Part shown: positions 55,702 through 64,000 of the stretch, piece after piece | Numbering within the stretch: the stretch's first letter is position 1 | Layout: each line of letters begins with the position of its first letter | DNA from: the human T2T-CHM13v2.0 reference genome, Homo sapiens | Length of the DNA stretch: 64,000 bases | Strand: one strand, 5' to 3' | Assembly: GCF_009914755.1 (NCBI RefSeq) | Contig: NC_060931.1 | Notes under the pieces: generated by a model | Told to the model about the DNA's origin: nothing | The model's database searches: none | What the model saw: the letters and a program-made list of their open reading frames with translations, nothing else | Translations under genes and position numbers: made by a program

Positions 55702-56675
55702 CAGACATCTCACAGAAGAAGGTATTCAGATGACAAATGAGCAAACGAAAAGATGCTCAATATCATCTGTCACTAGGGAAATGCAAACTGAAGCAATAGG
55801 ATACTGCTACACACCTCTTAGAATGGCCAAAATCCAGAGTACTGACAATATCAAATGCTGGTGAGGATGTGAAGCAACAGGAACTCTAATTCATTGTCGG
55901 TGGGAAGGCAAAATGAGACAGCCACTTTGGATGACAATTTGGCAGTTCCTTACAAAACTAAACACATTCTTACCGTACAATCCAGCAATTGCACTCCTTG
56001 GTATTTACACAAAGGAACTGAAAATGTATATCCACACAAAACCCTGCACACTGATGTTTATAGGTGTATTCAGAATTGCTAAAACTTGGAAACAATCAAA
56101 ATATCCTTCAGTAGATGAGTGGATAAAATAACTATGCTGCATCCTGACAATAGAATGTTACCAAACAACAGCAACAACAACAAACCTATCAAGGCATGAA
56201 AACACATGGAGGAATCTTAAGTGCATGTGAAAGAAGCCAATCTGAAAAGGCTACACACTGTATGATTCCAACTATATGGCATTTTGGGAAAGGCAAAACA
56301 AAGAACACAATAAAAAGATCTATAGTTGCCAGGGACTAGTGGTGGGCGGGCTGGGGATGAATAAATGGACAAAAGAGGACGTTTAGGGAAGTGAAAATAC
56401 TCTATATGACACTAACACAATGGATATATGTCATCATGCATTTGTCCAAACTCACCGAATATACACCAGCAAGAGTAAACCCTAATGTAAACTATGAACT
56501 TTGGGTGTCATTGATGTGTCAATGTAGGTTCATCAGTTTTAACAAATGTACAACTCTGGTGAAGAATATTGATAAGACGGGAGGCTACGCATGTGTAGGG
56601 GCGGGGAGTATATGAGAAATCTCCATATCTTCCTCTTAATTTTGCTGTGAACCTAAAACTGCTCAAAACAAAACA
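55702..56675 (+). mobile_element. L1MC (L1MC1/2-like) 3' fragment
   Basis: ORF2 C-terminal homology (QPLWMTIWQFLTKLNTFLPYNPAIALLGIY) and MC-type 3' UTR (aaccctaatgtaaactatg...tgtgaacctaaaactgct). Confidence 0.88.
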
Positions 56676-58744
56676 GTTGTTTTATAAAAACATAGTGGTG
56701 TCTTGTCCAGCTCATTTAACTGCTTTTCATGATGAAAACTGATAATGCTAATTATTCTTATCCATAGAAATTCAGAGAAATTTTGTGTGATTATATAGAA
56801 TTTATTATTGCCTTGTGGATAGATATGTTTTGCATCTATTTGTAAATTCATTTCAAAATTCCTTATTTCCTATGCATGTGTGGTTCTTAGAATTCTCCTT
56901 TGAACTGATTATATCATCTTACTAGCTTTCTCTTTAGTAAGCTAAATAAATTTTGATAAATGTTTACTTAATATTTATATGAGATGATATTTTAGTCTTA
57001 AAAATCCTTTAAAAATAGTCTCCATTTTTAATAAACTGTGTGATCTAGGTGCCAATGAACTTTGCCATCAGAAAATAATTTTTCAGAAGATTGCTTTGAG
57101 TATAGGTTATCATACTTATCATACTTTTTAAACTTTCATGCTAAATATCTTTATAAAGTACGTAACAGATTTTCAAACATATGGATTGGGGTAAACTTAT
57201 TTTGTCAATTATATAACACTGCTTTCCAAAGCATAGTTTAAAAAAATCATAAACTATGATTCAATTTCCTGGAATTTACTAATTTAGAAATCCTGAAGAC
57301 ATTATAATATGTGATCATGGAAATGTTAGTGCCCTTTTTTTGCATCCATTAATAGTGCTAAGAAAGTACAAATGTTCTAACAGGATTTAAAAAACCAACA
57401 GGTTTTCAGGAATTTGTATTTATCAAATTGTGCACAATATTGCCAATGTGAAAATAAGTTAATGAGTTGAGAATTAGTCACGGTTTTTCAACATGAAGGA
57501 TATGAAAACGCACCTTGATCTCTATAATCATCTGTTTTAAGTGAGATTTAATTTTCCACAAAATAATACTTGAGTTTATTCAAGTAAAAAATTATTCATC
57601 TTTCTATTCTCCATGTGCGATAAAATGTTTCCCATAGGGTTCTCCTGATTGCCTTAGAAATCTGACTACCTATCTTCCTTCCAAAATAATTTCACTGTAG
57701 ACTTTTCAGGTTTTTGCAAACACTTCAATTTTCTCTTTCCTGTTTTTTGCCTGCCTCCTAATCCCTAATCATATTCTTTCCTCTGGCAGAAAACTTTGTT
57801 CTTAACACCCTGCCCTCAAGGAATCAATGGCTGCTTTGAGTTAAGCTGCTTTTTTTAAGCATCTGCCCTTTTCAGGAGTGCCCTATTACATAATCTCATG
57901 CGCTCTCATAGTAACCAGCTGATAGCATTTTCAATTCACTTTGAAAATTGTATGTCAATCTTACCTGTAGCTGCATGATGACAAACTGACTTTAAAAGTT
58001 AGTCTATTCATTTGAAGTAAGTATTTCAACAATATGCTAATGAAAATGATATTTTAAGATATCCTTTTACTCACATCAATAGCATCACTAATTTTATAGT
58101 TAACACATAGAAATCTTGAAAATCAGACTTTTTAGCTTAGATGAGTGTGAAAGTATACTACATAATATCTAAAGATTGAGTTTTCAAAGAGTTTTTGGCC
58201 ACAGAAGCCCTTTTGAAAGAAAATCAGACACGAAATCCCCACTAAATTCACTATTGATTTGGAGGGCGCATGTATTCAATGGCTTATATCAGATTCTTAT
58301 GTACACAATATGTAAAATACAATGCCAAAAGATAACCCAGCATATTCATAAGTCTGACATTTTAGTTCAATTGGATACGTATATTTGAAATGAAAACCTT
58401 TCAAAGGAAACATTTGAAAAGGATTTCTATTTTTTTAAATCTAAAAGCACAGAGTTTTCTTAACCTTAATTTAAAATGGAAAACTTTACCTTGAAGGATG
58501 ATTTTTGGTTACAGAGATACTTTTGCATTTTTTTGTGATTTTTTTCAGTTGAGAGTTTCAACTTGAAAATAGAAAAAGGCCTGATATTTTCCAAAACTGA
58601 CTATAAACTGCATTTGTATAATGTAATTGAGAGTCAATATCTTTTCCCACCTTGCTCTGGCTCCTGCCAAGAGGCACTCAGAATCCCAGATATACTTTCA
58701 GGGCTACAGGTAGTGGCAGCCATAGGAAGGCTTTCTGAACTTCC

Positions 58745-58747
58745 TTT

Positions 58748-58778
<31 letters not shown>

Positions 58779-58782
58779 TTTT
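58745..58782. repeat. (TTTA)n microsatellite
   Basis: Seen directly. Confidence 0.9.
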
Positions 58783-59726
58783 CAGTTGTATGTGTGATGG
58801 AACCACTATATCAAGAGCGCTATCTTCTAAAGTAATATCCTCCCCTAGCTATTCCCTGAAATTGGCAGACATGGACAGTTAAAGCAGGATATCTTTATCC
58901 CAGAGAAACTTTCTTAGACAGCCTGTTCCTCTGTGGCAGAGGAAATTTGGTTTTAACTGAACCTGGCTTCTAAGACCTTTACAAGTGGCTGTTTGCAAAT
59001 TATTCCAGGGAAATAAGTCTTTAAGTCCTAGCCTGGGCTTTTTAGTAGCGCGAAGAAGAATCATATCCAATCTATCTCCAAAAAAGGAGAGAGAGGTAAG
59101 AGTTATTGTGCAGATACTGAAAAATCTCATCAGAATCCCAAGAGGAAACAAAATAAAGCTACCTTCAGTGGCACAGGGAAGTCATCTGAAACAGACCAGT
59201 TGCCTTCAAGGATGTTGTTGTATCCTCTCAGCTCTATTCTCCTTTCTACTACCGACTCCCTTGTTTACTCATAATTTTCACTGTCTCATAATTTTGGCTG
59301 AATCCATTTACTCATTCACTTCATTGTTCCAGTGTCTACTGTAGACAGGCATGCTCTGTTTCTGCCTCTCAGTTCAGATTCCTGAGACTCAGGATCTGAT
59401 CATTGGCCAGCCTGTGGATTGAGTAAACTATGCAATCAAGAAGGTTATCACAGATACAGCGTTGATCAACACAGACAAACTCTCTGGCCTCATGCAGCTT
59501 ATGGTGTCATGATTATCACCTGTAATAGAACATGGTCACTTAAAGGCAGAAGGACTGTGGCTATGAATCAGCTAGAGAAATAGCATTCAACAAAATACAT
59601 TTCTCTGTAGCTTATTATTTTGCCATTGCTTTACCTCTGCCACTACTGTTAGTATTATTGCTTTTATTGTTCTGATGACCTTTTATACTCAAATGCTGCT
59701 ACTTTTAACCAGACATACTCCATGTT

Positions 59727-59910
59727 AATGCCTCTCACAGGTGGTCTCTGGACCAGCAACAGCAGCAGCAGCAGCAGCAGCTAGGGATTTATTAGAAATG
59801 CAAGTTTTAGAGTTTTATCCCAGACCTACTTAATCAGAAACTTTGGAGTGGGGCCCAGCATGCTGGGTTGTATCAATATTCTGATGCATGCCAAAGGTGA
59901 GAGCCCCTGC
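59727..59910. mobile_element. MER5A with an internal CAG repeat
   Basis: gtggtctctggaccagc...ttagaaatgcaa...ccagacctacttaatcagaaact...ggggcccagca...ttctgatgcatgc. Confidence 0.85.
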
Positions 59911-60509
59911 TCTTATGCCTTCAATCCAAATATGTTAGTCTGCCTTTATTCCACCTGCCTCCTAGAAACTTAAATGAGTTATTTTTTAAATTTTTCATAA
60001 ATATTGAGTCATATGAAAATATATGGCTGTTAAAAATGATTCTCTCCTCTCCATTTAGCCTTCCTTTCTCTAAACTTAGACTCTTTCCATTAATCTTCCT
60101 CCTGCCCATAGGAGTCAAAGCTGTTGATCCACTCCAATTTAATACCTGTCTGAAATGGTGCCTACAATTCACTTCACCAAAAAATAAATATAATTAATCA
60201 ATTTTAAATTTTATATGAAAACATTTCAACTAAATTGACCATTTCTCCATTTCTCAGCCAGTTCAACTGATTGTGCATGCAGATAGTTGCCAAATAAGAG
60301 CTGTCAAACTTCCTAGAATTCCATATAGAAGCCGATAATGGAAATGTAATAAAATAGAGGATTAAAATATTGTATCCAAATGGGCAGTGAACTCACTTTC
60401 TCTAAAAAGCCATTATTTTACATAGTCTTTAGAAATATATTTTGCAAATAAAATCATTTTTTAATATTAAGCATAATTTGCAGGACAACTGTTCTGCAAG
60501 AAATTAAAA

Positions 60510-60710
60510 ACATGAAACCCTGTCCCTATTAAAAACACAAAAATTAGCCAGGCTTGGTAGCACGTGCCTGTTAGCCCAGCTACTCAGGAGGCTGAGACAG
60601 GAGAATCACTTGAACTTGGGAGGTTGAAGGTTGCAGTGAACTGAGATCATGTCATTGCACTCCAGCCAAGGTGACAGAGTGAGAGTCTGTATCAAAAAAG
60701 AAAAAAAAAA
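60510..60710 (+). mobile_element. 5'-truncated Alu
   Basis: Begins near the end of the left monomer (gaaaccctgtc); complete right monomer and A tail. Confidence 0.9.
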
Positions 60711-61130
60711 TCTTGAAAACACATTCCTTGAATGCCATGGCCAAGTTTTACTGTGTCAGTGTTCTCTATTTTGTACTGTTGTTAGTATATTTTAAAAAGT
60801 TTTCCATCAATACATAACCCTAATCTTTACTAAAATATTTTAGTAAACATTTTGCTCTTTAGTCACTGTTGTTGCTAACAGTTAAATTAATCATTTACAC
60901 AATCACTCTTTCTCCCAATTAGCTGTCAGATACATGGGAGTAGAAACTTATCTGTTTTTTTAACTTCTATAACTTTAACACCTGACTTGGTATCTGACTT
61001 ACATTTGTTGTTCAAAATATGTGTTCAGGAATGTTGTAATAGGAAAGATGACAATTACATGGTTGGCTAAAAAAAGGATACAAATAATTTTTTAAAGAAG
61101 AAAGTAATGATGGGTTTTAAAAGTTTTATG

Positions 61131-61811
<681 letters not shown>

Positions 61812-62269
61812 AAAAGTATTATGCATTCAGAATATATCCTTGAATTAATAGCAAATGTATGAAGATTTAATGTGCTTTCTGATCTTTTATCAATTTGTAG
61901 ATGGAGTATTCAGAACATATATTTAATATACAAACTTAAAAATTGTTTTTTAGAAGGGACTTGAGGGTGTTTCTGCTACAGCTTCCTTGACCAAAGGCTA
62001 CAGAATAACTACATTGTCCAGAAAAAACAGCTATACGTGTTTTTTCCAGTTTCTAAGGGTGAAAATTTTATGACCTTCTTTGGAATTCTTGCATTTTATC
62101 TTATTGGCAAAGGAGTTCCTACTTTTGCCATCACAAGACAGCTTCTTAATTTATTTCTTTTAAAAAGTCCTTTTAATAGAATTGTAAATCTTACCATCAT
62201 TCAATTTTACAACACATATAAAAATTGTATATAATTTATACACTTCCTTACTTACCAATGTTTCCACTC

Positions 62270-62578
62270 TTTTTTTTTTTTTTTTTTTGAGATGGAGTCT
62301 CACTCTGTTGCCCAGGCTGGAGTGCAGTGGCACTATGTGGGCTCACTGCAATCTCCGCCTCCTGGGTTCATGCCATTCTCCTGCCTCAGCCTCCTGAGTA
62401 GCTGTGACTACAGGCGGCCGTCACCACACCTGGCTATTTTTTTTTTTTTTTTGTACTTTTAGTAGAGACGGGGTTTTACCGTGCTGGTCAGGATTGTCTC
62501 GATCTCCTGACCTTGTGATCTGCCTGCTTCGGCCTCCCAGAGTGCTGGGATTACAGGCGTGAGCCACTGCACCCAGCC
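62270..62578 (-). mobile_element. AluY/Sc-like
   Basis: gttcatgccattctcc, tctcgatctcctgaccttgtgatc; TSD caatgtttccactctt / caatgtttccattctt. Confidence 0.92.
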
Positions 62579-62979
62579 CAATGTTTCCATTCTTTTGCAC
62601 TAAACATATCAAACTCTTTTAACCCTTTCTCGTATGCTGTTATTGCAACCTTATAATCAATGATTGACTCTTGGATTTGCTCATGTTTTCTATTTTCATA
62701 TGTGAGATTACTATTTCAGAGTAGTTCACATATTTTAACTCTTGGCCCCATTATCATATACAATTTTTAATATGACCTAATATGGTATTTGGCTTTTTTT
62801 CCCTCCAAGAGTAGTGAAATACTTGTTTACTTTCAGCCTGTAGGTCCAAAACAATCTCATGCCATGAAACCTAAACGGTAATCTCCTAGTCTATGTTGTT
62901 GGTGTTATTTGTCCCAACATACTTACGTTTTCTAAATTTTAACATGTTTTGAAAAATTACTTTTCCCCTTAAGAACATA

Positions 62980-64000
62980 ATCTGGAAGCTAAAGAATGAT
63001 ATCCACCAACATGAAACCACATGAAAGTTTAAAACCCACTGCCAGAGCAAACACACAAATAAGAAATAGAAAGGACTCAAATATTACCACTACATGAAAC
63101 CACCAAACCGCAATGATAAGAAGAGAGAAAGAAGGAACAAAGGACATATAAATCAACCAAAAATCAATTCATAAAATGACAAGAATAAACCCTCACATAT
63201 CAGTAATAAGCTTTAATGTAAACATACAAGTTTTCCACCTAAAATATATAAATTGTATGAGTGAAAGAAGAACGACTGCCTTCAAGCAATTTACTTCATC
63301 TCTCCAGATACACATAGACAAAAAGCAAAAGGATAGAAACAGAAATTCCATACAAACAGAAACAAGAAGCAAACAAGGGTAGCTTTGCTTACTCAGATAA
63401 AGCAGACTTTACGTCAGAAACAGTAAAAATAGATGAAGAAAGCCATTATATAGTGACAAAGGAATCAATTCAGCTAGAGGATGTAACAATCCTAAACGTA
63501 TATGTGCCCAACGGTAGAACACCTAGATATATAAAACAAATATTAGATGAAGGGAGAGATAGACTCTAATACAATAAACTTTGGGGACTTCAACACCTCA
63601 CTCTCAACCTTAGACAGACTATTTAGACAGAAAATTAACAATTAACTTTGGATTAAAACTGTACTTTTAACCAAATGAACCAAACCGACATTCACAGATA
63701 TTTCATCCAACAGCTACAAAATATACATTCTTCCTATCAGCACATGAAACATTCCACAGGATAGGCCATATGTTAGAACACAGAGCAAGTTTCAACAAAT
63801 TTTCTTAAAATTGGAATCATATCAAGTATCTTCTGAGATCAAAATGGAATAACACCAGAAGTCAGTAACAAGAAGAACTTTGCAAGTTTTACAAATACAT
63901 GGAAATTAAACGACATGCTCCTGAATGACCATTGAGTCAAAGAAAAAACTTAAAAAATTTTTTTAAATATTATTGAAGCAAATGGATCCTGAAACATAAT
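62980..64000 (+). mobile_element. Old L1 (L1MA/L1M-type): ORF1 end, spacer and degenerate ORF2 endonuclease region, continuing past the window
   Basis: ATG at 63176 begins MTRINPHISVISFNVN (compare L1 ORF2 MTGSNSHITILTLNVN); downstream ggggacttcaacacc (GDFNT) motif; disrupted by frameshifts and stops. Confidence 0.88.

Overview
AT-rich primate (human-like) genomic DNA, intronic or intergenic in character. Much of it is interspersed repeats: 13 Alus (J, S and Y), L1 fragments of many ages, two HAL1 copies, L2/MIR relics, seven solo LTRs (MER41A, MER11, MST, three MLT1, LTR16) and hAT/Tigger DNA-transposon relics. I see no intact protein-coding ORF, tRNA/rRNA gene or CRISPR array; the supplied ORFs are short chance frames or Alu/L1/microsatellite read-throughs. 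Outside the repeats, minus-strand splice signals suggest a spliced transcript running leftwards: a candidate promoter/exon near 11.2-11.5 kb, a microexon-like cluster at 8636-8815 and a candidate exon at 765-808. Just downstream of the cluster is a 26-bp hairpin whose only two mismatches are G-U wobbles on the minus strand. I could not name the host gene. Other highlights are an 84-bp templated insertion in a TA-rich tract, an inverted template-switch copy inside the MER41A LTR, and an L1PA8-like insertion with a large internal ORF2 deletion inside one TSD pair. Repeat family names come from recalled consensus sequences, not from a search, so subfamily calls and boundaries of old elements are approximate.
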